DNA of 64,000 bases from Candidatus Parcubacteria bacterium (GCA_023396915.1 JAEWUV010000002.1:151705-215704), one strand, 5' to 3'; counted from the first letter of the stretch, positions 1 through 10,059 are shown. The notes: a model not told the origin generated them from the letters alone. Translations and numbers: made by a program.

Positions 1-645
1 AACAAAACCATGGATAACAGCTCCAATTCCAACACCTAAGAGAACATAAGGAAAAATAGTTTTGGTAATTTTAAAACCGTCAGTCCACCAATAAGGAATA
101 AGTTTATTGAGTTTTAGTTTCTGTCCTCCATTTTCGGATTCGATATCGGCACGGGATTTATATTTTAATAAATCAGGATTGACGTATTTTTCTAAGTGTA
201 ATTTTTGAATAACCATGCCACCGATAACGGCAATTAAAATTCCAACCAAATTGTAAATAATGGTGGTTTTAAAACCAAAAAGAGCTGGAAGTAAAATCAG
301 AGATGATTCGTTAACTAAAGGTGAGGCAATTAAAAAAGTAAAGGTAACGCCAAGAGGAATGCCGGCACTTAGAAAACCAATAAATAAGGGAATTGAAGAA
401 CAAGAGCAAAAAGGAGTAATGGCCCCTAAAAAAGCAGCAAAAAAATACTCCAAACCATACCATTGTTTTTTGACTAAAAGATTTTTTACCTTATCGACCG
501 GTAAAAAATAACGAGTAATAGCCATGAAATAGTTGATAACAACTAACAGAAGACCGATTTTAATGGTGTCGTAGATAAAGAAATTTAGGGCGCTATTATC
601 GGTAATAGCATTAGCTAATAATTGGATAGGATAAAAAATATCCAT
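1..645 (-). CDS. Predicted permease, DUF318/ArsP_1 family (COG0701-like); partial, runs off the window start
   Basis: My own translation of the minus strand from the ATG at 645 gives a multi-TM protein with the FAAFLGAITPFCSCSSIPLF motif typical of this permease family. It is not in the ORF track because it is open at the window edge. Confidence 0.6.
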   Translation of the reverse strand, partial: MDIFYPIQLLANAITDNSALNFFIYDTIKIGLLLVVINYFMAITRYFLPVDKVKNLLVKKQWYGLEYFFAAFLGAITPFCSCSSIPLFIGFLSAGIPLGVTFTFLIASPLVNESSLILLPALFGFKTTIIYNLVGILIAVIGGMVIQKLHLEKYVNPDLLKYKSRADIESENGGQKLKLNKLIPYWWTDGFKITKTIFPYVLLGVGIGAVIHGFV

Positions 646-648
646 AAA

Positions 649-888
649 TTATTTTTGGTGCTGTTTAATAACCTCTTTGATTTTGTCTAAGTTGTGGGAG
701 CCAGTAAGGGCAACTTGGCCGTCAATGACCATAACCGGTGAAACCATGACTCCTAATTCGATAATTTTTGAAACATCAGTGGAATATTCGACCTCAGTTT
801 TGATACCCAATTCCCCGACTGCTTTTTTAGTAACTTCAAATAAATTTTTACAAGTAGGGCAGCCCGATCCTAAAATTTGAATTTTCAT
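649..888 (-). CDS. Thioredoxin-fold redox-active disulfide protein 2 (TM0487-like)
   Basis: 79 aa with an MKIQILGSGCPTCK N-terminus (CPxC). Sits immediately upstream of the permease on the same strand, a known pairing. Confidence 0.7.
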   Translation of the reverse strand: MKIQILGSGCPTCKNLFEVTKKAVGELGIKTEVEYSTDVSKIIELGVMVSPVMVIDGQVALTGSHNLDKIKEVIKQHQK

Positions 889-954
889 ACATAAGAATTA
901 TACAAGAATAGTAAAACAGGGGTATTATTAATTAATATTATTTTTCTAAAAACC

Positions 955-1152
955 ATGTTTAAACAAAATGAAAGTGATTTAGATAAAAAAATCAGATTAG
1001 TGGTAGGAATAGTGGCTTTATTTTTGGCCATGTTTGTTTTGGGCGGAGTTGCTCAAACAGTAGCTTATGTGGTTGGGGTGGTAGGAGTTTTTACCGGACT
1101 AACCGGATTTTGCCTGCTCTATAAACTCTTTGGGATAAGTACAAAGAAATAA
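955..1152 (+). CDS. DUF2892 (YgaP-like) small membrane protein
   Basis: 65 aa with two hydrophobic helices and a ...GLTGFCLLYKLFGIS C-terminus typical of DUF2892. Confidence 0.55.
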   Translation: MFKQNESDLDKKIRLVVGIVALFLAMFVLGGVAQTVAYVVGVVGVFTGLTGFCLLYKLFGISTKK

Positions 1153-1173
1153 AAATCTTAAGAATTTTAGGTT

Positions 1174-1791
1174 TTAAAAACCTAGGTTTTCTTCGACCAA
1201 TATCATGTAAACTTTGCGGCCGAGCATGGAGTTTTCATTTTTGAAAATAACGATTTTATTAAGTGAGGTACCAACGCCATATTTTTGTTGCATATGTTTG
1301 TCTTCCAAAGGGACGACATAATCCTCTAGGCGTTTCATCCCCTCCTGAAAATTGGGAACTATTTTTTTGGTGCTAACGACAAAAATCAAATTGGGTGAGG
1401 TAAAAACAATATGAGGTAACTGGCTGCCGGTATTTGAAGCAATAATAAATTCGCCGTTTTCTATAAGAGCGTGGACACTGCCGAGATAATAATCTGAAAG
1501 AACTGATTGTTTTCTGAGAACTGCCTGTTTGGTTTGATCTTTTTCGGCCAAAATTTTTTCATGTAAATTATTCCAACCGTGTTGACCTGATTTTAAATAA
1601 TCGACAAAACCAATTTGTTCGAGGGTAACTGAAGCACCGTTCATGACCGAAGCATCTTTGGGGATAATCTCTTTTATTTTACTAAGGGCCTCTGTCCCGT
1701 TTTTTACTAATATAGTTTCGATTCCTTTGGAGTTAAGGGATGTGATAGTTTTATCAACAATTTCTTTGGTTGCTAGTTGATTGTAGTCCAT
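1174..1791 (-). CDS. LUD-domain protein (LutC/YkgG-like)
   Basis: 205 aa with a sequence pattern consistent with the LUD family. Weak call. Confidence 0.4.
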   Translation of the reverse strand: MDYNQLATKEIVDKTITSLNSKGIETILVKNGTEALSKIKEIIPKDASVMNGASVTLEQIGFVDYLKSGQHGWNNLHEKILAEKDQTKQAVLRKQSVLSDYYLGSVHALIENGEFIIASNTGSQLPHIVFTSPNLIFVVSTKKIVPNFQEGMKRLEDYVVPLEDKHMQQKYGVGTSLNKIVIFKNENSMLGRKVYMILVEENLGF

Positions 1792-1811
1792 AAGATATTA
1801 TAAATTATTTC

Positions 1812-2411
1812 TTAGGCTGCCTGGACGGATAAAAAGACCACACTATCACAACGGTTCCAAGAACTATCAAGGGTAGTTTCACGATCATGCAACCACAATT
1901 GACTGTCATAACGATCAATTGCAAATGTATGTGTTTTATTTCTGGAATCAGAAATTAATTTTTCTGTGGGAATATATATACGCTCACCTATTGGTTGATC
2001 TGTATAGATAAGTCTTAACTCCGGACCAATTTGTGGGGGGCAAAGGGCTAAACCAAGCTCTTCAGCTCTTTTATAAAGTTCTGCGGTGGTAGGTTCATAT
2101 TTAAAACCCATATCACCAACTTTTAAAATAACCAAATTAAAAACTTTAGGAAATTCTGAGGTGGTGAAGTCAGGACTTTTCATCATTTGCTCAGCCACGG
2201 AACCAACTCTGATACCATTTTTTATTAATTCTTGTTTTAATTGTTCAACACTTTTACCGGCTACCTCAATAGATTTATAACGAATTTTACCTTCTGTAAA
2301 AAGATCTTCAAGATTTATCCGCGGGGAACAATTAAAAATTGCTTTACATTTATCAAAAAATCCTACCTTTTTTTCTTTAGACATATTTATTTCTGGGCAG
2401 AAATAAACCAA
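1812..2411 (-). CDS. Hypothetical protein
   Basis: 199-aa ORF with no recognisable motif. Confidence 0.4.
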   Translation of the reverse strand: MVYFCPEINMSKEKKVGFFDKCKAIFNCSPRINLEDLFTEGKIRYKSIEVAGKSVEQLKQELIKNGIRVGSVAEQMMKSPDFTTSEFPKVFNLVILKVGDMGFKYEPTTAELYKRAEELGLALCPPQIGPELRLIYTDQPIGERIYIPTEKLISDSRNKTHTFAIDRYDSQLWLHDRETTLDSSWNRCDSVVFLSVQAA

Positions 2412-2499
2412 CTGGCTATTTTAACATTAAAATTCCGATTAGGTTATTTATGTTTTCTCAGTTTTAAAATGCCTGGGGAATTACTAGGGTAATTATGAT

Positions 2500-2778
2500 T
2501 TATTCTGTTTCAAAAAATTCTAATTCCTTATTTACTAAATTCTGAGCTTGGGTAATATCGATATCCGAAAGACTAATACCTAAATTGGCGGTACCTTGAT
2601 CTATTTTTATAATTTTTAGTTTTTTTCCGTCTATCGTAGTGGTCATACCACTTTTAAGTTGACCACTTTTTAAAATACCAGATAATACTGGGGTTCCTTG
2701 AACATTAAATATCATTTGAGGAATAAAAATATTTTTGTCAGAAGGCATAATAGAGTCGATCAAATAAACCATTAACAA
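2500..2778 (-). CDS. Hypothetical protein
   Basis: 92-aa ORF; the start overlaps the upstream ORF. Confidence 0.3.
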   Translation of the reverse strand: MLMVYLIDSIMPSDKNIFIPQMIFNVQGTPVLSGILKSGQLKSGMTTTIDGKKLKIIKIDQGTANLGISLSDIDITQAQNLVNKELEFFETE

Positions 2779-3262
2779 TTAATTTTAAAGCTTGTTGGAA
2801 AAATAATGGATTGACTAAATAAACTGCCACTAATGAACCAATAGCAATTACTACCGACAACCATTTGGTATAAGGACCATAGGTTCTGAAAATTAGTATG
2901 GTTGATAAAATGGCTGTTAATAGAGGGCCAAATACTTTTATATCCCCTAGCGGTAAGGTATAACCAGCAACAATTTTTTCTTCCGTTTCAAAAAAACTAG
3001 CTAAATCATAATTTACATTAAAAAGAATTAAAATTATTTCTAAAATAATTATTCCTAAAAGTAGGATTGAACTAAATTTAGTTGAAGCACCTGGTTCGGT
3101 TCTGATTACCTCATAAATAGTTGCCGGTAGTATTAAGAATAGTACCCAAAGAGGGTTGCGACTGCTCAATCCAAGAAAAATTCCTAAGATAACAATACCA
3201 GTCATAATTAAGCAAATATTAAAAGGACTGAGAAAATTATTCTTTTTTATTTCTGGAGTCAT
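2738..3262 (-). CDS. Hypothetical multi-pass membrane protein
   Basis: 174 aa with 4-5 hydrophobic helices. Confidence 0.45.
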   Translation of the reverse strand: MTPEIKKNNFLSPFNICLIMTGIVILGIFLGLSSRNPLWVLFLILPATIYEVIRTEPGASTKFSSILLLGIIILEIILILFNVNYDLASFFETEEKIVAGYTLPLGDIKVFGPLLTAILSTILIFRTYGPYTKWLSVVIAIGSLVAVYLVNPLFFQQALKLIVNGLFDRLYYAF

Positions 3263-4341
3263 AATTTAAGTGAATCAATAATAGTTTTTATAATTTTTTC
3301 GGCCTGTTCCTGATAAACATAACCTTCGGTGGCATAGGTACTAGCCACGGGAATTAAGTGTTTGGTAGTATAGATTTCGCCTTCGACTTTTTCTTTTTCA
3401 ATATAAGTATTGGTTTTGGTTAAACTTTCGTGAAAAGTCTCACCTTTGGGTAAAAAATCTAAAGTGGCAAGTAAAGTGCCAGAAATTATATATTTATCAA
3501 CCTTAAAAGCCAAACAACTTTTAATTGTTTTTGGTGGAGGAGTGGGTTCTGGGCCTTTAGGAAGAAGACCTTTGCCGGCTAATGGATCAAAACCACCACC
3601 TTGAAATTTATTAGGATCTCTGGGTTTAGGTTTTGGTTTGGGAGCGATAAAACGCTGATATTCCGGATTGTCCATCTCGGAATAAACAGCCGGATAACCG
3701 GTATATTTATCCATGAAATATTTAATACCCGAATTTTCTGGAACGGTTGGAGGTTTAACATTTTTTATTTGTTGATTAAACATATTCATTCCTTTTTTTT
3801 GCTCGGGGGTGAGAAATTTCAGAACTTCCGGATTTTGTAAGTTTTCAAATAAATTTTTGTAATTAAATCCCGGAGTGTGTATATCTATTTGGTTTTGGAG
3901 AGCTTGTTCGGCTTGAACTTCATCTGGATAAAGACAAACAGAAATGTAATAAGTGGAGTCATATTTTTCGTCTTGCATTTGATTAAATTTACCCCTGATT
4001 TCGGTTATTTTTTGAGGAGTGTAACCGGTCATCCAACCAGTGGCAGCAAGAGCGGTCATGGCATCAAAAAACTTCGTCATAGTTCCACGAGGAGTAATAC
4101 CATGAACAGAAACAGTTTCTCCGTTAACTTCGGCAGTGGGGTTACCGCTAACAAGTAAAGGATTAGCTTGATTCTCCGGGTCAAGATGACACAATTTTAT
4201 GGTTACCATGTTTTCATTCCCTTCTTGGGAAACTTCCACCCAGTTTTTTGGTAACCAATTTTTCGGTAGACTAATTGTCAGTTGATTCGTCGACATACAA
4301 AACAGTAATTTCCTGATTTTCTGGATTTTCGTAGTAAACAC
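3259..4341 (-). CDS. Hypothetical protein (Pro/Lys-rich central linker)
   Basis: 360-aa ORF. The start probably lies at an internal Met, because the listed start overlaps the upstream ORF by about 70 nt. Confidence 0.4.
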   Translation of the reverse strand: MFTTKIQKIRKLLFCMSTNQLTISLPKNWLPKNWVEVSQEGNENMVTIKLCHLDPENQANPLLVSGNPTAEVNGETVSVHGITPRGTMTKFFDAMTALAATGWMTGYTPQKITEIRGKFNQMQDEKYDSTYYISVCLYPDEVQAEQALQNQIDIHTPGFNYKNLFENLQNPEVLKFLTPEQKKGMNMFNQQIKNVKPPTVPENSGIKYFMDKYTGYPAVYSEMDNPEYQRFIAPKPKPKPRDPNKFQGGGFDPLAGKGLLPKGPEPTPPPKTIKSCLAFKVDKYIISGTLLATLDFLPKGETFHESLTKTNTYIEKEKVEGEIYTTKHLIPVASTYATEGYVYQEQAEKIIKTIIDSLKL

Positions 4342-4933
4342 TAAGAGAATTACCGTCCTTTTCCATTATGATATGGGCGGCATCAGCCTCTATGGTGTTC
4401 ATACCAGAAACATAACCATCATTGGTTAACTCTTCTACTAATTTATTCATATCTTCATTAGTCGGCGCCCTGGGAATTTTGAAAGAGGCTAGATAAGAAT
4501 CGCCTTGTTTCATGTAATTACCAGAAAAAAGAGTGGCTTTAATATCTCCAAAAACAGCCTTAAGTGGTGATTCAATGGTCGTCTTTACTATCGAAGAGGT
4601 ATTGCCAGTTAAAATAACTTCTTTGGTTTCATTAAATTTGTCTTTAGGAGTTTTAGCCGCTTCTTTAGCCTCTTCTTTTTTTTGTTCAGCTTCTTCTTTG
4701 GCTGCTTCTTGGGCAATATCTTTAATCATTTGATCGGTAAGCCCATTGTTACCACCAGTTAAATTACTTAATAAGCCAGCGTCGCCTCCATAAATTTTGG
4801 CTAGCTGTTTAACATATTGTTGTTGGCGCCAACGCGTAGCTCCATAATACAAACCACCAAGAATGATGATAGCAACGACCACAATCATAATTGGATTTAT
4901 TTTTTTACCAGAATTTTTTATTTCTTTTGTCAT
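4271..4933 (-). CDS. Membrane-anchored hypothetical protein (N-terminal TM, Glu/Lys-rich helical region)
   Basis: 220 aa with one N-terminal TM segment and an EEAKEAAK low-complexity region. Confidence 0.45.
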   Translation of the reverse strand: MTKEIKNSGKKINPIMIVVVAIIILGGLYYGATRWRQQQYVKQLAKIYGGDAGLLSNLTGGNNGLTDQMIKDIAQEAAKEEAEQKKEEAKEAAKTPKDKFNETKEVILTGNTSSIVKTTIESPLKAVFGDIKATLFSGNYMKQGDSYLASFKIPRAPTNEDMNKLVEELTNDGYVSGMNTIEADAAHIIMEKDGNSLSVYYENPENQEITVLYVDESTDN

Positions 4934-4948
4934 TTTTTTTATTAATTA

Positions 4949-5806
4949 TTAATTTTTAATTTTGAGTGAACCATCGGCTTCCATTTCTATACTACCTTTA
5001 TGTCGAGTTTGAGTTTCAAGTGTTTTTTGAAGATAGTCTTTTTGAGTGGTGTCCCAAATTGGTTCTTTTAAAATAAATTCATCATCTTTTCCAAATTCAT
5101 AGGTCATACCACGAAGCCAGAGTTCTTCCGCTATTAATTCTTTGCTTTTAGTAACTGGTGGAAGACACCCAATTGGATCAGGAAAACATGAATATTCAGT
5201 GGCGTTTATTTGGGGTTTGTTAGTAAAGGCTTCATTAAACATTAGTTTTTTATTTTTCGGATCAATATAGCCAACAAAAGAAACTGAAATAGGGCTATTA
5301 TTAATATTTTGTTTAATTAAGGCACTAGTAAAAGTTCTCCAAGGGTTTTGATAAATAATTTTGCCTTTGCCAATAATACTTATGGCGACACCATTAGTAT
5401 TAGTATTGGTAATACCAATATCTTTGGCTTGTTTAGCCCAATCAGGATTTTTTAAATCAATTGATAATTCGTCAATTTTAAAAGTGCTATTCATAGAAAT
5501 AAGTATGGGGATCATATAAGTGGGAATGTTACCATTGATTTTTTCAGTTATCTCTCCGGTCCATTTGGTATTTTTGAAATTAACCAAATTATATTTTTTT
5601 AAAATATCATCGGTGGAACCCTGAATTATAATAGCTGAAGAGGTAGCTGTCTGACCACCATCAACCATAAGATCGGCATTTTTGACACTGAATTTCAATT
5701 TATCGACAAAAAAAGACTTAATTTGGGTGGGAGTATAACCAAGACCGGTTAGTGTGACTAAAACTGCAGTTATTATAAATACTGTAATAAGAAAAGCTTT
5801 TCCCAT
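4949..5806 (-). CDS. Secreted or membrane-anchored hypothetical protein
   Basis: 285 aa with an N-terminal signal anchor. Confidence 0.45.
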   Translation of the reverse strand: MGKAFLITVFIITAVLVTLTGLGYTPTQIKSFFVDKLKFSVKNADLMVDGGQTATSSAIIIQGSTDDILKKYNLVNFKNTKWTGEITEKINGNIPTYMIPILISMNSTFKIDELSIDLKNPDWAKQAKDIGITNTNTNGVAISIIGKGKIIYQNPWRTFTSALIKQNINNSPISVSFVGYIDPKNKKLMFNEAFTNKPQINATEYSCFPDPIGCLPPVTKSKELIAEELWLRGMTYEFGKDDEFILKEPIWDTTQKDYLQKTLETQTRHKGSIEMEADGSLKIKN

Positions 5807-5852
5807 TATTCTAATTTTAGAATATGCTGTTTTATAAAAAATTCAAGTTTTT

Positions 5853-6461
5853 TCAGTTTTCTACACAACCACTATCTTTATTTATCAATGGACTTTGTTT
5901 TTCTTTTTCGTAGTTAAGAATAAAAATAGCATTGGACGTTTCTAGAGATGACAATAATTTTTCACTGTAATTCGGATTAATTTTATACCAAGATTGTTTG
6001 GTAAAATAACAGGCCATGTCTTGAGAAACAAATTTTCGCCCATGTCTGGCGTAAATTTCATTTCTAGCTCTTTTGAGATCTAAATCATCAAAATCACTTA
6101 AGTCTTTAGTGGTTATTTTTTGAGAATTAGACATTGGTAATAGATAATTGTTGCTAGTTGTATCTGGAATTATTGATGGTTCAGCTTCGGTTGGTTTTAG
6201 TGATGATGTTGGGGGTAGTGTTTCCATTGGCTCGGGAGGATGAGCTTGGGTATCTGGGATGGTGGGACGAGATTGAACACTGGGGGTGATTTCTGCTGGT
6301 TTTTTGGATAAAATGTCCCCAAATTTATTTTCAGTATTTTTGGTGCCAAAATAAACGGCTCCAGCGGCTAAAATTATAAAAACGATACCACCAGTAATCC
6401 AAACTACCTTTAGTTGATTAATTTTTTTGGGGGTACTTTTCTGACCTTTATTAAATTCCAT
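5853..6461 (-). CDS. YARHG-domain protein with N-terminal TM anchor
   Basis: Contains the RARNEIYARHGRKF motif that defines the YARHG domain. Confidence 0.6.
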   Translation of the reverse strand: MEFNKGQKSTPKKINQLKVVWITGGIVFIILAAGAVYFGTKNTENKFGDILSKKPAEITPSVQSRPTIPDTQAHPPEPMETLPPTSSLKPTEAEPSIIPDTTSNNYLLPMSNSQKITTKDLSDFDDLDLKRARNEIYARHGRKFVSQDMACYFTKQSWYKINPNYSEKLLSSLETSNAIFILNYEKEKQSPLINKDSGCVEN

Positions 6462-6525
6462 AATTTAGTTTAGCAAAAGTTGAATGTGTTTCCAGAGCGA
6501 ATTATATTTTCTTCAAAAGTAATGA

Positions 6526-7176
6526 TTATTTATAAGTTTTATTATAACAATTGGCGGCTTTGGCAAAACCGGCCTCACTGGCTTCTGCCTCACTGCAAAA
6601 CCATTGGTCGCCTTGGTCTAACTCTAGGACAACATTACTGTAATTGCCACAACCGGGGAAAAAATAAGTTTTTTTACCTTCGCGAACATTACCTTTGATA
6701 TTACATTTAGAATTTTTGGGGTTAGTATTTTGAAGACAAAGATTACTAAAGATACCGACTTTGTCCTCTTTAGCCAGATTAAAAGCCGCTTTTAAATTTT
6801 CTGATTCAGGGGAAGCAGTCGAAGTAAAACGAGCCCAACCGGAAGAAATCATTTCTTGGTTAACCAATAAATCATCAACATAAACCAGGGCTAAAAGTCG
6901 ACCAAAAGTATCATTGATATCCCCTACCAAGCGAACTTTTTTACCGGAAATTAACTCGGTCAATTTTTCGGTAGCTTGCTGGCCACCGCAAAGATCTGGT
7001 TCCGGAGCGTTGACACTCATAAGACGAATCTGCCTATTGCCGGTAACAATAAAAGTATCGCCGTCAATAATTCGGCCAACTTGGACTAAATTATCGGAAA
7101 TATTTTGGGGGTGAAAAAATAAAAAAGCTAAAACACCACTGACAGCGACAGAAAGTCCTAAGAAAAATTTAAGCAT
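6526..7176 (-). CDS. Thermonuclease (SNase-like) family protein, membrane anchored, with Cys-rich C-terminus
   Basis: IIDGDTFIV...IRLMSVNAPE motifs match staphylococcal-nuclease homologues. I place the start at the internal MLKFFLGLSVAVSG signal anchor to avoid overlap with the upstream gene. Confidence 0.6.
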   Translation of the reverse strand: MLKFFLGLSVAVSGVLAFLFFHPQNISDNLVQVGRIIDGDTFIVTGNRQIRLMSVNAPEPDLCGGQQATEKLTELISGKKVRLVGDINDTFGRLLALVYVDDLLVNQEMISSGWARFTSTASPESENLKAAFNLAKEDKVGIFSNLCLQNTNPKNSKCNIKGNVREGKKTYFFPGCGNYSNVVLELDQGDQWFCSEAEASEAGFAKAANCYNKTYK

Positions 7177-7225
7177 TAAAAAAGGATAACGTGGAATGAA
7201 AAATTTGGCAAAAATCCTATTTAAA

Positions 7226-8206
7226 TTAATGTTGACGATTGTAACAGCTAAGGCGGTTGTTGTAAGCATCACTTCTACAATCAAACCAATTTGAAGTCCC
7301 AGAATCCCAATAATCTGAACAATTGTCAGGGTTATATAATCCATTACAAAATTCTGCCCATTCAGCATTTAATTCTTGTTCCTGTTCTGTATTACACTGG
7401 CCCTTATCACGAAGTTCCCAAGTGTTGTTTATTTGACAGCAAGTCATTTTTTCACAAGCAGAACGAGTCATTTCTTTATAACCACCACCACAATTTGGAC
7501 TAATATTGCAACGAACATATTCGTTGGGATTAAGAGTTGGAACCACACCCCAAGCTCTGTTAAAATCATCACATTTTTGTTGGGTAGTTTGAAAATGGAC
7601 TCCATCAGGACCAACACAATCAATTTGCTTAGAATTGTTATTTGACGAATTATTTGATTTGGCTGGAGTTTTAGTTGGTATTTTTGTCGGTGATGGAGTT
7701 GGTGTAGAAACAGAAGGTAAATTTAACTCAGATGAGTTTTTGTTAATTTTATTTTTTGAATTTAAACTTTTATTTTCTATGGCAAAGATTGATGAATTTA
7801 TTAAAAAATATATTAAACATCCAGGTAAAATATATTTAACGAAAATTGGAATATTTTTATTTTTTGGGATCCGGCGTGAAAAAGTTATCCCTAAAAAAGC
7901 AAAAATTCCAAGCCCTATATTACCTAGGAGTAAATAAACTAAAAACTCTTTTTGATATAAATTTGAACCTTGTGAAGTTGATTTTGCACCAAAAAAACAA
8001 GTAGCACCAAATACTAAAAGAGTGGTAATCCAAAGATAAATCCAAGCTTTTTTTGGGCTTCTAGTGTATGGAAATTTTTTATTTTTGGGATTTTTAAAAC
8101 AGTTTAACTCATGTTTATCCGATTCTTTTTTGGTTTTAAATTCTTTTTTACAAAAATCACAAACCCAAACTGTTTTATATTTTTTCAGTTTCTTTTCATG
8201 TTTCAT
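7226..8206 (-). CDS. Membrane protein with Ser/Thr/Pro-rich linker and C-terminal Cys-rich extracellular domain
   Basis: 326 aa with an N-terminal CxxC...H..C zinc-ribbon-like segment, 3-4 TM helices, a TPTPSPTKIPTKTP linker, and about 14 Cys in the C-terminal 120 aa. Confidence 0.5.
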   Translation of the reverse strand: MKHEKKLKKYKTVWVCDFCKKEFKTKKESDKHELNCFKNPKNKKFPYTRSPKKAWIYLWITTLLVFGATCFFGAKSTSQGSNLYQKEFLVYLLLGNIGLGIFAFLGITFSRRIPKNKNIPIFVKYILPGCLIYFLINSSIFAIENKSLNSKNKINKNSSELNLPSVSTPTPSPTKIPTKTPAKSNNSSNNNSKQIDCVGPDGVHFQTTQQKCDDFNRAWGVVPTLNPNEYVRCNISPNCGGGYKEMTRSACEKMTCCQINNTWELRDKGQCNTEQEQELNAEWAEFCNGLYNPDNCSDYWDSGTSNWFDCRSDAYNNRLSCYNRQH

Positions 8207-8220
8207 CTAGGTGAATTATA

Positions 8221-8859
8221 TTACTTTTTATTAAAATAGTTTTTTATTTTATTTTTAGTTTTTACAAAAAGTTTATAAATTCCGAATCCAATTAACCCTA
8301 AAAATGAAAAACCTAAAATAGTATCACTTGTTTTTATTGGTTCGATTGGCTTATCATTTGTATCGCTTTCTCCTAAAACTTGTGGTTGAATTGTTGGAGA
8401 AACTTCCTCTATTTGACTTGGTTCTTCTGGTACCGGACTATTGGCTGGAGTTTCTGTAGGAGATAATGTTGGCGTTATGGTAAGGACTAATGTTGGAGTG
8501 GGTGTCTGCGTTGAAGTGTTGGTTGGGGTTTTGGTCGGTGTAGGGGTAGGTTTTGTGGTAGGGGTCGCGGTTGGTTTTGGTGTTGAAGTTGGTCTAGGGG
8601 TAGAGGTCGGTTGAGTAACCGTTTTGACAGTAGTAGTTGTGGTAGTACTATTTCCTCCACACATAACCATTTCGGAATATAAACAAGAAGAGTTTCTAGA
8701 ACCATCGTTACAAACAACATGACCATTTGATTGAGGACCAGCGGCACAGTTTACTCCCCCATGACTAGAACAACAACCCGATTTCGCTTCTATATTTTTT
8801 GACAGGAAAATAAAAGAGAAAAATAAAAAAACGGATAATATTTTTGTCCAATATTTCAC
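8221..8859 (-). CDS. Secreted Cys-rich / Thr-Pro-rich surface protein with C-terminal TM anchor
   Basis: 212 aa with a signal peptide, a CCSSHGGVNC...C-rich module, a long (T/P)n linker and a C-terminal hydrophobic anchor. Confidence 0.5.
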   Translation of the reverse strand: MKYWTKILSVFLFFSFIFLSKNIEAKSGCCSSHGGVNCAAGPQSNGHVVCNDGSRNSSCLYSEMVMCGGNSTTTTTTVKTVTQPTSTPRPTSTPKPTATPTTKPTPTPTKTPTNTSTQTPTPTLVLTITPTLSPTETPANSPVPEEPSQIEEVSPTIQPQVLGESDTNDKPIEPIKTSDTILGFSFLGLIGFGIYKLFVKTKNKIKNYFNKK

Positions 8860-8942
8860 TAACCGGGATTATAGTACTTTTTCAGAAAAATTTCAGTTAA
8901 TTTACGATTTACGGAATGAGTTACTCGGTATAAGAGTAAATA

Positions 8943-9173
8943 TCAAAAGCCCAAAAATATCGACAGTCCCATAATTCCATGAATTATGGAAAAGATTATT
9001 GTCAACAAAGCTAAAACCGGATGCCACTTGAAAGGAATAGTGGTAATTCCGCGATAATTTAAAAAACCAACAATGGCTGTAAATAAAACTAATAAAAATG
9101 TGGCTATGCCACCATAAGCAATTAGGGGTAAACCAAGGACTTGGGTGAAAGCAATATTTTGAATCATAATCAA
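8943..9173 (-). CDS. Small two-TM membrane protein
   Basis: 76 aa, strongly hydrophobic. Confidence 0.4.
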   Translation of the reverse strand: MIMIQNIAFTQVLGLPLIAYGGIATFLLVLFTAIVGFLNYRGITTIPFKWHPVLALLTIIFSIIHGIMGLSIFLGF

Positions 9174-9185
9174 TTCTATACTGAA

Positions 9186-9908
9186 TTATTTAAAATTCAA
9201 AAAAGTTTCTTGAAACTCGATGTTGGCATCTTGATAACTTTTTTGGCTTTCATCTGTTGGAGTGGTAAATTGCCAATTCCAACATAAATCAGAAATAACT
9301 TTGAAACCAAACCAACTTAAAACTTTTTTTTGAGTTTCAACTACTTGGCTCCCTTTCCAATTATGACCAACAGCAATAATACCAGCGTCAATATTTTGAA
9401 GAACATTGGATTCGCCCAAAGTTGAATGGCGGTTTTCTAACCAAGTAAGACGTTCAATTAATTTTTGATATTCGGAATTGGTTTGACCCCAACGAATGGA
9501 AGTGAAAAATACAACACAATCTGATTGCAATAAAGATTTGGAAATTTTCCATAATTCGTCGTCTGGATAATTGAGACTGGCCCAACAACGATGACAACCA
9601 GAAGGATTTTTAAATGGATTTTGAAGTAGAGATTTTTTAACTCCACAATCATTACCCTTGGCTAAAGAAACATTGCCTTCACAAGGATAAATTTTTAGTT
9701 TGGAAACATCGATAATTTCAACATTTTTTTTACCAATCATATCGGCCAATTTGTAGGCCAACTGAGTGCTTTTGGGGATATCTTTGTTAAAAATTTTTGT
9801 CCAACGATTTGACGTAACCAAAAAAAGAATGCGTTTTTTGGATTTTAGATAAGAAAGAGTTTGGCTAAAAAGTTTGGTATATTTCAGACGGTCTTTTGGT
9901 GTGTACAT
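9186..9908 (-). CDS. Flavodoxin-fold / NAD(P)H-dependent FMN-reductase-like protein with Cys cluster
   Basis: An RILFLVTSNR N-terminus (flavodoxin-like beta1) plus several conserved Cys. Weak family-level call. Confidence 0.35.
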   Translation of the reverse strand: MYTPKDRLKYTKLFSQTLSYLKSKKRILFLVTSNRWTKIFNKDIPKSTQLAYKLADMIGKKNVEIIDVSKLKIYPCEGNVSLAKGNDCGVKKSLLQNPFKNPSGCHRCWASLNYPDDELWKISKSLLQSDCVVFFTSIRWGQTNSEYQKLIERLTWLENRHSTLGESNVLQNIDAGIIAVGHNWKGSQVVETQKKVLSWFGFKVISDLCWNWQFTTPTDESQKSYQDANIEFQETFLNFK

Positions 9909-10059
9909 CTAGATAAGTGTACTACGAAAGTGAGGGATTGGAAAAAGAACAGGATTATTAGAGTGGCGCGATGAGTGAAACCGTTTCAGACTGAATAAAT
10001 TTCTTTAATACTCTAAAAGTCAAATAAATTTTTGATATTAATATTTCAAAAAAAATAAT

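Noticed and set aside
8487-8747. ORF 8487..8747 (-) and the other small ORFs listed that sit inside larger genes on alternate frames (e.g. 3579..3761, 15237..15479, 17386..17592, 32701..33252, 52485..52748)
   Set aside because: They are fully nested inside better-supported genes (a Pro/Gln-rich frame of Thr/Pro-codon repeats, and frames inside valS, rpoD and dnaG) with no independent support.
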